Shown here: positions 48,449-59,115 of the stretch, piece by piece
Numbering within the stretch: position 1 is the stretch's first letter
Layout of the letters: the number at the start of each line of letters is the position of its first letter
IMG/VR virus record: IMGVR_UViG_3300047476_001657
Coordinates: 1-64,000 of that record
Source: a virus
DNA length: 64,000 nucleotides
Direction: 5' to 3' (one strand)
Notes under the pieces: model-generated
Seen by the model: only the letters and a program-made list of their open reading frames with translations
Told to the model about the DNA's origin: nothing
Database searches by the model: none
Program-made: the position numbers and the translations under genes

Positions 48449-50208
48449 TGGGTAATGTAGATAATTTTAGAGTTGTATTAGGTTCACTTAGGTACAAAGC
48501 AGCACCTAATACTAACCTATTTTTCCAAGTTCCATTCTTTCAAACGAGTAAGGAAATGGATGAATTTGATAGGACTGTTGATGTTGCCTTGGAACAAGTA
48601 TTTGACGATGAAAGACAAATTTCAGATTCATTTAGACCATCCTGTAAGTTCTCTTTAATTTTTAAAAATAAGTTTAGTGGGACTACTAATTATCCGCCTT
48701 TTGAAAATAACCTATACTATATTAATTCTGATGTAGCCGCAGCAGCTCAGTGTGAATTTGGTACATCAACAGTTTGGTCAGGTTATCCACAATTTGAGGA
48801 ATTTAATTTTGTGAGAAATGATTATAATGTTTCTGGTTATACTATTCCATCAGGAAATACTCTACCACATGTGAATTTTATAGCAAAAAGTGCAAACTCT
48901 TATAATTGGAATTTTTATATGAGTTACGCATTTGATAATATAGACAAACAACTTGAAGCTGTTGATTCATCAAACATCACACATCTTTGGTCGGCCTCAA
49001 CAGGAATACCATTTACAATACAAAAGAGAGTAGTCAATGGAAAACCTTTAATATCGTTTAATTGTCCTATGAAACATGGTTTATCTATTGGAGAATATGT
49101 GATGTTAAGTTTTTCATACAACAACAGAAATACATTCCAAGTTTATTCTTTGGGAAACAATATATTCAATTCAGAAGAATTTACATTTAATATAATTGAC
49201 ACTGGATTTACTGGTACTACCTTCAATAATAATACAATAGGTACATTCAAAAGAGTAATCAATCTTTCAAATACTGGTGATACAATATCTAAATATTATA
49301 TAAGAAGACACAAGATTTTAACGAATCCTAAAGATGCTAATATGGTAAAAGCAGGATTTGAACAAAATATATTTGGGTCAAAGAAAAAATATGAAAGTTC
49401 AGGATTTACTCCAAATTATGTTGCTAGAGTTTCTGTTTTGGAAGGTTCACAATCCTTTACTCTTTCTTACAACTCAGATTTGAAAATTGGTTCATTGTTA
49501 GATAATCATCAAAGACCTTTGACTGAACTATTTTTTAGTGTTATTTGGAGAGGTTATTTTGGTTGGACATTAGGAAAAGACCAACAAGGAAATTATAGAA
49601 AATTAAAACAAGGGTATCAATTTAACTTACCTAATGGTGGAACTCCAACCAATTGGTGGAGTTTTAATAACACAAAATCAAATACTAATTTTACATATGG
49701 TGAATACTCAGATAGTAGTCTTACATATACTTTTACTTATGTAAATCCTTTACAACAAGGTGATTTAATTGATGGTGCTTTTTGTGAATGGAATGATTAT
49801 GAACAAAAAGAACGTGTAATATCAAATATATACCATAAAATAACTTATAACCCAACTGTATTTAACTTAAATGATTTGTCGGTAAATACAAATCCAAAAG
49901 GTTATTACTATGAACCACACTACCCATTAACAATTAGAGTTTTTTCTGATTACATAGAAGAAGCTCCACCACAAAACAATTATGACATTCCAAATTACTC
50001 GTATTTCTCACAACTTAATAATGCTTTCAGATGGAGAGATATATATTCATATGGGTACATAGATACCACTGGTTTAGGTGTTAACTACCCATTTTTAAAT
50101 GGATTTCATTATCCATTTGCAAATTATATATTTAGAATCATTCCGGAAGGTTCTGATTTTGTAGAACAAACCATAATCGAAGACCCAACAACTGATCCTT
50201 GTGAGTAA
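48448..50208 (+). CDS. Hypothetical structural (baseplate-region) protein
   Basis: 586 aa, coupled by a TAATG overlap, aromatic/Asn-rich. Confidence 0.6.
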   Translation: MGNVDNFRVVLGSLRYKAAPNTNLFFQVPFFQTSKEMDEFDRTVDVALEQVFDDERQISDSFRPSCKFSLIFKNKFSGTTNYPPFENNLYYINSDVAAAAQCEFGTSTVWSGYPQFEEFNFVRNDYNVSGYTIPSGNTLPHVNFIAKSANSYNWNFYMSYAFDNIDKQLEAVDSSNITHLWSASTGIPFTIQKRVVNGKPLISFNCPMKHGLSIGEYVMLSFSYNNRNTFQVYSLGNNIFNSEEFTFNIIDTGFTGTTFNNNTIGTFKRVINLSNTGDTISKYYIRRHKILTNPKDANMVKAGFEQNIFGSKKKYESSGFTPNYVARVSVLEGSQSFTLSYNSDLKIGSLLDNHQRPLTELFFSVIWRGYFGWTLGKDQQGNYRKLKQGYQFNLPNGGTPTNWWSFNNTKSNTNFTYGEYSDSSLTYTFTYVNPLQQGDLIDGAFCEWNDYEQKERVISNIYHKITYNPTVFNLNDLSVNTNPKGYYYEPHYPLTIRVFSDYIEEAPPQNNYDIPNYSYFSQLNNAFRWRDIYSYGYIDTTGLGVNYPFLNGFHYPFANYIFRIIPEGSDFVEQTIIEDPTTDPCE

Positions 50209-51019
50209 CAAATATTATTTCAAATTACCAACAACTAATCAGACAATTCAATTGCCTATTGAAATTCAGTGGGATTTTTTGGATAGATCCGATAGTATAG
50301 AAATATATCAAAATGAAATTGTCAAAGAAGTTATTGGTTCTGCTGAAGATTTTGAAATAGCACAATTTGCACACGATGTGGTTTCACCTTTAGATTTATC
50401 AACTAGTGTCAATTATGAGTTCTATTTTTACAATACTGGTTCACCAACAAGTATTTCCGCAACTACAACATCAAATGATTGGATTAACTCATATATAACT
50501 GAGGGATTTACAAGTAAAGAGATATATTATAATAGTAACTCATTTACTAAATCTTTTTTCAAATTGGATTTTTATGATAACCCAAACCCTAAGAATCAAG
50601 TAAATTATTTTACAATTATTATACCAACTCAACAAGGTCTTACGATGACTGCATCAACCTCACCATATCTACCAACAGTTTTAATTAGAAAACCTAAATT
50701 TAAACTTGATTATGTTGGAGATAAGGAGGGATTCTTTATTTATTGGTTGAGAAATACAAATTACTTGAATATAGACACTTTTTATATGAGTGCTAAATTC
50801 TTTGATGCTAAAATAGGTGTTTTTGTTAAAATGATGAATCAACCACAATCCAATTTACCAATTGGTAATGGAAGATTTAATTTTTTAGGTTCAACATATT
50901 TTTATAATAAAGTTGTTTTGGATTACGAAAACAAGACTTACCAAGTTTTTAATAGTTCAAATCAAAGAATAGGGATTTCAAATAATCCAATAAAATGGTA
51001 TGAATATATTAGTCAATAA
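50201..51019 (+). CDS. Hypothetical structural protein
   Basis: 272 aa, GTG start overlapping the upstream gene. Confidence 0.6.
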   Translation: MSNKYYFKLPTTNQTIQLPIEIQWDFLDRSDSIEIYQNEIVKEVIGSAEDFEIAQFAHDVVSPLDLSTSVNYEFYFYNTGSPTSISATTTSNDWINSYITEGFTSKEIYYNSNSFTKSFFKLDFYDNPNPKNQVNYFTIIIPTQQGLTMTASTSPYLPTVLIRKPKFKLDYVGDKEGFFIYWLRNTNYLNIDTFYMSAKFFDAKIGVFVKMMNQPQSNLPIGNGRFNFLGSTYFYNKVVLDYENKTYQVFNSSNQRIGISNNPIKWYEYISQ

Positions 51020-52197
51020 TGCAAAGTAGAAATTTTCATATTAAAATTTCACCAGAATTTATAAATGGGGATAAATTTTTTGTAAAATACAACGCTGGTA
51101 CATCACCAACAGGTGTAACAATAGACCCTTGTTGTGAAATAACAACCCCACCTACAATTGAAAATTATATAGGATACACAATAGCATATTCTGCTATGTC
51201 TCAAGTACTTTCAGGTGGAACTAAGGGTACTTCACTATTGACTGGATTAACAGTTCCAATCTTTTTAACACAAACGGCTGTTGATTTTGGGTACTATTCA
51301 GTATTTGATGGATTTATATCTCAAAAAGACACAATGTTGAATTTTTTAGTTTCAGGTAGTACGAACCCACCATTTTATGATTGTTATTTTTATAACACAT
51401 CAGAAGTTGAACTAAAAAAATATTTAAGTTTTACTGATTACTATCTTGATTGGGGTGATGGAAGTTCGGTACAAATTATCGGACCGAATTTACCAATGCC
51501 ATATCAACATACATACCAACAACCTGGTGAATATACAATAACATTTAGAGGTCTTAGTCCTTGGGGGAATAACTTGATTAAGAAAAAAGTTTACGTACCA
51601 TTTACTGGTGTTACAATAGATAACCCAAACGGTACAGCATATTTTACACCACAAGGTGGAAGTTGGTCAGGTACTGCCTTAGAATATGATTTTCTATATA
51701 GTGGTGATACGACTTGTGAAATTTATCAAGGGGGTGTTAATCCTTATTTATCAAGTCCTTTAGTAATATCAGGATATACTAAATCATCAATTGAAGATTT
51801 ATCGGTTTATGGTCCTAAAAACAGTTTGTTTGGTGGTAAATTTAAACCTGATGTACAAGTGACAGGTACAACAGGTGTTGTTGGTACTGTATTTTCTGGT
51901 AATCCAAGTTTACCATATACTGCATATACAATAAATGGAATGGATTATTATGATTATAATGATGGTACTACATTATTTATTGTTTCTGGTGTTACACCAA
52001 TTGATGTAATCTGTTCCGCAATAACCAAACAAGAATTTTTATTAAATGTTGTTGATGAACCTGAAATACAGTCTGATGTCTATATAGAAAGAGGAAAAAA
52101 TTCAGCATTAGAACGACTTGTAAGATTGGGAGAGGTTGACAATGTTGGAGACTTAACCAAATATGGTTATGGTTTCTTTAATGTTATAAAAACATAA
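51019..52197 (+). CDS. Structural protein with a PKD-like domain
   Basis: YYLDWGDGS......HTYQQPGEYTITF. Confidence 0.65.
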   Translation: MQSRNFHIKISPEFINGDKFFVKYNAGTSPTGVTIDPCCEITTPPTIENYIGYTIAYSAMSQVLSGGTKGTSLLTGLTVPIFLTQTAVDFGYYSVFDGFISQKDTMLNFLVSGSTNPPFYDCYFYNTSEVELKKYLSFTDYYLDWGDGSSVQIIGPNLPMPYQHTYQQPGEYTITFRGLSPWGNNLIKKKVYVPFTGVTIDNPNGTAYFTPQGGSWSGTALEYDFLYSGDTTCEIYQGGVNPYLSSPLVISGYTKSSIEDLSVYGPKNSLFGGKFKPDVQVTGTTGVVGTVFSGNPSLPYTAYTINGMDYYDYNDGTTLFIVSGVTPIDVICSAITKQEFLLNVVDEPEIQSDVYIERGKNSALERLVRLGEVDNVGDLTKYGYGFFNVIKT

Positions 52198-52203
52198 AAT
52201 TGA

Positions 52204-52210
52204 TATTTAT
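52204..52210 (+). promoter_or_regulatory. TATTTAT putative late promoter element
   Basis: 19 nt upstream of the ATG at 52230. Confidence 0.6.
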
Positions 52211-52229
52211 TAAAAAAGAAGTTATATAA

Positions 52230-53138
52230 ATGGCAATAGGTAATTATGGTACGATAAGACCAGCAGATGTTTCACCAGAAGATGTTGAAATCATATTAAA
52301 TTATACTCCAACTAGAGATGAAACTCAAAACTTTTTGTTGACTAAGTTAGATGCTAAATCAATATTAAGACCATATTTCAATAACTCTGACACTGGTGGT
52401 AATGCTAATGTTGAAATATTAGGGGGGTTGTATAATCTTACACTTCCTGCTGAACAATTCAATAGAGTGGGGATATACACCCTAATGATAAGACCTGCTC
52501 AAATTAGAACAACAATATTAGATTGTGGTATTTTATCAGCATTACCGAATGTTAAAGGGTTAGTAATTGATTTAAACTCAGTACCAAATGAATTTATTAA
52601 CAAATTCGTTAATCAAGGTTTAGTTGGATTTAGAGTGGAATATCTTAATGACGATGGCTCAAAAATACCTAACTTTTTTAGGATTATTACATCATCTTTT
52701 TTCTGTGAACCAGTTGTTCAAAACTTGACAAACACGTCACAAAAATCAATCAGATATAGATATACAGATTCAAATACTAACTTGATATTTTGTACTTTAT
52801 CACCTTCTACAGCACCAACTAATAAACCTAATGCAATACCTTTTATAGGTCAACCAAATCAGAATATTATAATCACTAATACGTTCTTTAATCCAATTGT
52901 TTTGGACATTGAAATTGGTGAACATGACTTCTCAACATTGGCAATTGGATTGTTTGGAAATCAAACTAAGTCAATTGATGATGGTATTTACACACTTTAC
53001 GATAGTGAAAACAACATTTATAAACAATACAACTTATACGAAATTAGAGATCAATTCAATGACTTACTATTTGAAGTTAGACAAGATAGAGGTGATAACA
53101 TTGATTTTAGTAAAAACTTTACAAATATAACACAATAA
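52230..53138 (+). CDS. Hypothetical structural protein
   Basis: 302 aa in the baseplate cluster, with a TATTTAT upstream. Confidence 0.6.
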   Translation: MAIGNYGTIRPADVSPEDVEIILNYTPTRDETQNFLLTKLDAKSILRPYFNNSDTGGNANVEILGGLYNLTLPAEQFNRVGIYTLMIRPAQIRTTILDCGILSALPNVKGLVIDLNSVPNEFINKFVNQGLVGFRVEYLNDDGSKIPNFFRIITSSFFCEPVVQNLTNTSQKSIRYRYTDSNTNLIFCTLSPSTAPTNKPNAIPFIGQPNQNIIITNTFFNPIVLDIEIGEHDFSTLAIGLFGNQTKSIDDGIYTLYDSENNIYKQYNLYEIRDQFNDLLFEVRQDRGDNIDFSKNFTNITQ

Positions 53139-56100
53139 TGGCCAATAAATTTACTTGTCCACCTCAAGCGGTGTCTGGTTCAGATACTTTTTCAGATAAT
53201 TTAGTTGGAGTACAACTAGTTAATGGAGGTGGATTAACGTTAGGTAATTTTAACTTTACTACAACTGTAACTGAAAAGGTTAATAGAAATTTCAGTATCG
53301 GTGTATTTTCAAATCCAATGAGTTTAGACTCAATGGGTGTTTCAGACGTTAATCAGGCCAAAAGTGTTGTTCAAAATAATTTTAAGGTATTTCCTAATTA
53401 TGATTTATCACAAGTAACAAATTTTACTTTATATGGTTCGTTGACTAAAAGAATGTCAGCAGCAATCACACAAATAATTAGTTATTTCCCAGCTGGTTTA
53501 GAATCAAATAAAGTAGGTATTAATTATACTTCTGGAGTAACTGCTTCAGATATTTTTTACGATGATGTTACTAAACAAACAAAACTAAGTTTAGATGTTT
53601 CTAGATTAAGAAACCCATTTGAAGTTGATTTTACAGTAAATTCAACGAGAAATTTACAATTAAGAGAAATACAAGTATCTCCTTTGAGAGATATGACATT
53701 AGAATATGCAAAGTATTCATTATATTACTTAGGTAGTGGTTTTAATGTAACTAGAATAGAACCCACACAATCATTGAATAGTGGAACTTTAGTTCTTTAT
53801 GTTTCAGGAAATCCATTTTCTGGACAGTCTGAAGTTTATGAGGATATTATAGTAAGACCGAATGATTTAATTGTATCACAGACTTTCAATGAAGATTTAG
53901 ACGAAGTTGAGAAGTTTTTACTAAATAGAAATATAAATCCAATTTATACTTCAAGTTTTAGAGTACCAAAAGAAAACGAAGATGGTACGTTTTATATTGA
54001 AAATCAACTAGTTACTTGGCCACTTTACGGTAGATGGAATTTAGATATTATCACAGCTAATTTCCAACAATATTTAAGTAATTTAAATAGTATAAGTGAA
54101 TATTATGATAATTTAAGTACTAACTTAATATCAAGATTTTTAACACCAGAATCATTTACTGAATTTGATACAATTGACAGAAAAATTGAAAAAATATTAC
54201 AATTGTATGGTAGAAGTTTTGATGAGATTCAAAAATATGTAACACCACTATCTTTCATTAACTCAGTAAATTATAATGTTGGAAATGATATATCATCACA
54301 ACTACTTCGTAATTTGGCTTTAACATTAGGTTGGAGTACAAACATATCACCAATTTCCGATTCACAATTTTTGACTTCGGTATATGGCCAAATAAACAAC
54401 GATGTGTCAAAATATTCAGGAATTTCAACACAACCGACACCTGATGAATTAAATTATCAATTTTATAGAAATATTATTTTAAATTCAGCGTATCTTTTCA
54501 AATCAAAAGGGACAAGAAAATCAATTGAAGGTCTTTTGAGAATGATAGGTGCACCAGAGGCTTTAACTGAATTTAATGAATTTGTATATACTGCTGACCA
54601 ACCAATAAATCTTGATGAATTTAACACTTATTGGGCGAGTATTTCGGGTGGTACTTATATATCTGAAAGTCCAATCTTAGAAGAAGGTAATGTATTTTCA
54701 ATTCAAGGAATTGACTATACAGGATTTACAACAACTAATTCAATTACTAGTGTAAATTTGTCTTTATCTGATTATCCTATTGATAGTGAAGGATACCCAT
54801 CAGCTCCGGTGGACTCTGAAAGTTATTTTTTCCAAATAGGTGGTGGTTGGTTTGAACAAACACCGCAACACAGAGGTCCTGAAGTTGTCGTACCCACATT
54901 CAACACTTTCACGGGTCAAAATACAAATATACAAACAAGTTTACTCCCCCCAACATATGGTCAAATCTATTTGAATAGATTTAGAAAATTTCCATTTATG
55001 AACTTAGGGTTTGTTTTAATACCTCAAGTTGATAATAACAAAAGTTGGTATACATCTGAAACAGGTCTTAGAGTAAATCTTGATGCAAATTTAAATGCTA
55101 GATACTTTGTTGATGATGAGAAATTGGTAATGAATGTCAAAAATGTTGACATTTTTATGAATCCAGCTCAAGGTATTGCTTATGATATTTGGTCAATGTC
55201 AAGAGCATTTAATTATCCAATACCTAACGAGGGTTTAAATTATGTACAACCAACTTATTGTGACCCTAATCCATATACTATTTATCCTGATAAAGGTGGA
55301 GTGGATTGGACTGTAATTAATCCTGAACCTAAGTTAAAAACTTTTTTTGAATTTGCTCAAACATTTTGGCAAAACACAATTAATGTAAGAAATAGACAAT
55401 TTTCATCTAATGGAAAAACAGGTGGTTACCCAACATTAGAATCTATATTTTGGAGATATATTGAATCTGAAGAAATTGCCAATTTACCTAATAACAACTT
55501 TAAATATGAAAATATGATTGAGTATGTTAATGGTATGGGTGATTATTGGATTAGATTAATTGAACAAATGATACCAGCAACAACAATTTGGAATACTGGT
55601 ATCAAAATGGAAAACTCTATTTTCCACAGACAAAAATTTGTATGGAGAAGACAAGAAGGTTGTAAATTAATTCCTGGTGATAAAGGTGGTACTCAATCAA
55701 CACCACCAATACGAAATCCTAAAGGGGGAGTGTTAGTTCAAACTCCACCAGCTGGAATTTCAGTACCGACTATCCAATTTAAACCAAGTGATTCTGAGGA
55801 AGGACCTATTGGTTTCAAAGGTATGCCACCACTTTGTAGACCTTGTGCTTTAATTACAAACGTATTTGAGTATGATTGTGCTGTAGAGTCAATTGAATGT
55901 CCTATATATCCTTGGGAATCTGACCCACAAGTTACAACAATAACTGGGGTTTTAGGAAAAGTACTTAATACTTATCTTATTAATAATGGGTATGAACTCA
56001 ATGATTGTGTTTTGAATTCACTTACTAGTGAATGGTACATACAATTAAAAATTAACAATATTGTTGTTATTGAAACCCCATTTTTCAATGGTACAACTTA

Positions 56101-56308
56101 TTCTTTTGCACCATTAAATGCACCAACTGAATCACAATACTATACGGCTTTGATTTCATCTTTAAATTCATTGAAGACGATGGGTTATGATTATTACATA
56201 ACAGAAAATAACACTGTTGTTGTTTTCAACCAATTATGTCAAACAAATGAAAATGGTTTTGTATTCACTATTGACATTGGTATAAACTTTCAAATATTTT
56301 GTAGTTAA
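53138..56308 (+). CDS. Baseplate wedge protein (T4 gp7 / P2 gpI-like domain)
   Basis: LLRNLALTLGW ... AYLFKSKGTRKSIEGLLRMIG (KGT signature) ... LIEQMIPAT. Confidence 0.65.
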   Translation: MANKFTCPPQAVSGSDTFSDNLVGVQLVNGGGLTLGNFNFTTTVTEKVNRNFSIGVFSNPMSLDSMGVSDVNQAKSVVQNNFKVFPNYDLSQVTNFTLYGSLTKRMSAAITQIISYFPAGLESNKVGINYTSGVTASDIFYDDVTKQTKLSLDVSRLRNPFEVDFTVNSTRNLQLREIQVSPLRDMTLEYAKYSLYYLGSGFNVTRIEPTQSLNSGTLVLYVSGNPFSGQSEVYEDIIVRPNDLIVSQTFNEDLDEVEKFLLNRNINPIYTSSFRVPKENEDGTFYIENQLVTWPLYGRWNLDIITANFQQYLSNLNSISEYYDNLSTNLISRFLTPESFTEFDTIDRKIEKILQLYGRSFDEIQKYVTPLSFINSVNYNVGNDISSQLLRNLALTLGWSTNISPISDSQFLTSVYGQINNDVSKYSGISTQPTPDELNYQFYRNIILNSAYLFKSKGTRKSIEGLLRMIGAPEALTEFNEFVYTADQPINLDEFNTYWASISGGTYISESPILEEGNVFSIQGIDYTGFTTTNSITSVNLSLSDYPIDSEGYPSAPVDSESYFFQIGGGWFEQTPQHRGPEVVVPTFNTFTGQNTNIQTSLLPPTYGQIYLNRFRKFPFMNLGFVLIPQVDNNKSWYTSETGLRVNLDANLNARYFVDDEKLVMNVKNVDIFMNPAQGIAYDIWSMSRAFNYPIPNEGLNYVQPTYCDPNPYTIYPDKGGVDWTVINPEPKLKTFFEFAQTFWQNTINVRNRQFSSNGKTGGYPTLESIFWRYIESEEIANLPNNNFKYENMIEYVNGMGDYWIRLIEQMIPATTIWNTGIKMENSIFHRQKFVWRRQEGCKLIPGDKGGTQSTPPIRNPKGGVLVQTPPAGISVPTIQFKPSDSEEGPIGFKGMPPLCRPCALITNVFEYDCAVESIECPIYPWESDPQVTTITGVLGKVLNTYLINNGYELNDCVLNSLTSEWYIQLKINNIVVIETPFFNGTTYSFAPLNAPTESQYYTALISSLNSLKTMGYDYYITENNTVVVFNQLCQTNENGFVFTIDIGINFQIFCS

Positions 56309-58479
56309 TGAGTTGTTTTTTAAATGTTACATTAACTGGGTTTACTGGAGATTGTTTTAACACAAATAGTGGTTCTTTTGGTATTACAATTGATGGTAGT
56401 GCACCTGATTATACAATCCAATGGATAAATCCTACGTATGGAACATTCCCTTTGGGAGCTGGTGTTACAGGATATTCATTAAATTCCCTTTCGGCCGGTA
56501 CTTATACATTTAATGTTATTGATAGTTGTCCATCAGGAAACACCAACAGTTTAATAAATGTTTATATATCATCAGGAACTTGTGTTTCTATATTGGATTC
56601 ATCTAATACTAGTTGTGGATTCAATAATGGGTCTATTACAGCATCAACATCTAATTTATATTTTGCTTCAACATATAACTTATATGAGTTAACAAGTGGA
56701 TTTATAACTTCAGGTACAACAGCTGCACCATATTACATTTTTACTTCACTTTCAGCTGGAACTTATTATGTAATTGCTGATGATGGAGGTGGATGTTCGG
56801 GTAAAAGTGAAAGTTGTATTATAAAAAGTTCAACAACTCTAAACTTTGGGTTATATCAAATTAACAACTCAGCTTGTGTTAATAGTTTGGGTTCACTATA
56901 TGTTACCGGATTGACAGGTACACCACCTTACACATACTCTTGGCTACCAAATGGTGAAACAACATCGTCTATAACTGGTTTAACCAATGGTTCATATTCA
57001 GTGACAGTAACTGATGGTTTGGGTTGTACAACATCACAAGGTGCAATAATTGGACAAGTTCCAGTTTTAAATACGATTTTACTTAATGATGTACAACCAA
57101 CTTGTTTTACGGCTAATGGTGAAAGTACATTATATATTTCAGGTGGTACTGCACCATATCATTTACAAGCATCAAATGGTGAAATTGTTATAACTTTTTC
57201 ACAATCATATATTTTTACTGGTTTATCATCAGGATATTTTTCAGTGACAGTAACCGATGCTGGATTATGTCAATCTACAGCGTACACAACATTACAAACA
57301 CCTAGTGCTTTGTCAGTTATATCAATTGATGTTAGTAATTCTAATTGTAATAATTCTGATGGACAGATTTCTGTTTCAGTTTTTGGTGGTGCTGCACCTT
57401 ATACTTACACTTTAACAGATTCATCAAATTTCCAACAAATAGGAATACAACCAACACAAAATGCGGGATTTATATTTACATCTTTGAGTTCTGATACATA
57501 TACTTTGACAATTACAGACTCAAGTAATTTATGTCCTTATTCTGGAAGTGTGGTCGTTAATAATAACGTCTTGTTTAGTTTATCTGCAACACCAATTAAT
57601 TCATATTGCAATCAAGCAAACGGTGAAGTGTTTTTAAGTATTTCAAGTGGAGGAACACCTCCATACAGATATCAAATAAATGGTTTTGATATTTTGAATG
57701 TGACAGGACAAACATACAATTTTACAAATTTACTACCAGGTAATTACACTGCTATAGTTACAGATGCTAATTTATGTTCTCAAACTTTACCATTTACAAT
57801 AAATAATGTAGGTTCATTAGATTTTGTATTCACAAGTGTAAATCCTACAATAGGTAATACTGGTGAAATAAGTACATTTTTAACTGAAGTTACACCCCCC
57901 TATACTTTATTTTGGAGTCCGAATGTAAATGGTCAAACAGGTCTAACAGTTACTGGTCTCACAGCTGGTACATATACCCTAACAGTAATAGATTATTGGG
58001 GTTGTACAAAAACTAGAAGTATTACTTTAACTGGATTAAATTTAGTTTCCTCTTTTGAAAGTTATACAATATGTCAAGGTTTACTTATTGATACTGGTAC
58101 ATTTATACGAAAAGGACCACAACAAATGTTGTTAGAAGGATTTACGGATTTAACATCAGGTGATACGAATTGTATTTTAAATCAAGCAGTATTTGAAGTT
58201 GTTGTAACTTTAACAGGAGTAACATCAGTAACAACTGCCACAACATTTTTCACAGGAACTAGTTTAAATGATTTCCCAAGTGATGATGATTATTATAATG
58301 TGGTAGAATCATTACTTTTGAGTTTCACTGGAATTACTGAAGTTATTGTAGAACCTATTGAAAATAAAATAACAATAGCTACTATTTGTAACCCCTCTGA
58401 TGAATATATAGATACTGATGTTTTGATAGAAATTAAAATCTATTATGATATAAGTTGTGAAAACATCGGTCCTCCATAA
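56308..58479 (+). CDS. SprB-repeat-like adhesin/fibre protein
   Basis: About 7 repeats of C..G.I.....GG.(A/P)PY.Y......L..G.Y.V.V.D...C, e.g. GTPPYTYSWLPNGETTSSITGLTNGSYSVTVTDGLGC. Confidence 0.8.
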   Translation: MSCFLNVTLTGFTGDCFNTNSGSFGITIDGSAPDYTIQWINPTYGTFPLGAGVTGYSLNSLSAGTYTFNVIDSCPSGNTNSLINVYISSGTCVSILDSSNTSCGFNNGSITASTSNLYFASTYNLYELTSGFITSGTTAAPYYIFTSLSAGTYYVIADDGGGCSGKSESCIIKSSTTLNFGLYQINNSACVNSLGSLYVTGLTGTPPYTYSWLPNGETTSSITGLTNGSYSVTVTDGLGCTTSQGAIIGQVPVLNTILLNDVQPTCFTANGESTLYISGGTAPYHLQASNGEIVITFSQSYIFTGLSSGYFSVTVTDAGLCQSTAYTTLQTPSALSVISIDVSNSNCNNSDGQISVSVFGGAAPYTYTLTDSSNFQQIGIQPTQNAGFIFTSLSSDTYTLTITDSSNLCPYSGSVVVNNNVLFSLSATPINSYCNQANGEVFLSISSGGTPPYRYQINGFDILNVTGQTYNFTNLLPGNYTAIVTDANLCSQTLPFTINNVGSLDFVFTSVNPTIGNTGEISTFLTEVTPPYTLFWSPNVNGQTGLTVTGLTAGTYTLTVIDYWGCTKTRSITLTGLNLVSSFESYTICQGLLIDTGTFIRKGPQQMLLEGFTDLTSGDTNCILNQAVFEVVVTLTGVTSVTTATTFFTGTSLNDFPSDDDYYNVVESLLLSFTGITEVIVEPIENKITIATICNPSDEYIDTDVLIEIKIYYDISCENIGPP

Positions 58480-58480
58480 T

Positions 58481-58512
58481 AAAAAACCCCACCTAAAAAG
58501 TGGGGTTTAATT
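58481..58512. terminator. Bidirectional intrinsic terminator between convergent genes
   Basis: AAAAAACCCCAC-ctaaaaa-GTGGGGTTT. Confidence 0.85.
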
Positions 58513-59112
58513 TTACCATAAGTTTTCTTGTTTCATATAACCTAAAACACAACAATAGGCATCACTCATATCAAAGTTCTCTTTTTTGAGTGTATTATTT
58601 TTAGTATATACCCAATTGATTTGAGGTTCACGTTTTGCAACTTGCTCCCAAATTATTTGTTTCTTATCACAATCTTTGGGGAATCCACCAAATAAAACAA
58701 ACTTACCTTTACCATTGTCTTTGACTAACCAAGGAAAAGCAAACTTTCTAGAATTATAAGTTGATATATATTCAGGAACAATCCCCAATATATCATAAAT
58801 CTCTTTGGAAATGAGAGTGTTATACCTCATCAATGTTTGAATGGTGTAAACATTATTTGAGTTTAATAATGGTTCTTCAATTACAACCTTTGTAATACCT
58901 AAATTTCTATACTCTAATAATTTTGTTTTAAATATTTCAGATTTACAAAACAATTCCTTAATTTTGTTATCCTCTTTTGGTTTAACAATTGGTGAGACAT
59001 GGGTTAACTCTAATAGTTCCTTACTATTAATGTCAAAAAGTGCCCAACCAATTGTTTTGGTGGACACATCAAGACCCAATATCTTTGGGGTAGTTTCTAT
59101 ATCTTTTGTCAT
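58513..59112 (-). CDS. ruvC: RuvC-like Holliday junction resolvase
   Basis: RNase H-fold acidic set: ILGLDVST..IGWA, VVIEEP, FDMSDAY. Confidence 0.75.
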   Translation of the reverse strand: MTKDIETTPKILGLDVSTKTIGWALFDINSKELLELTHVSPIVKPKEDNKIKELFCKSEIFKTKLLEYRNLGITKVVIEEPLLNSNNVYTIQTLMRYNTLISKEIYDILGIVPEYISTYNSRKFAFPWLVKDNGKGKFVLFGGFPKDCDKKQIIWEQVAKREPQINWVYTKNNTLKKENFDMSDAYCCVLGYMKQENLW

Positions 59113-59115
59113 AAA

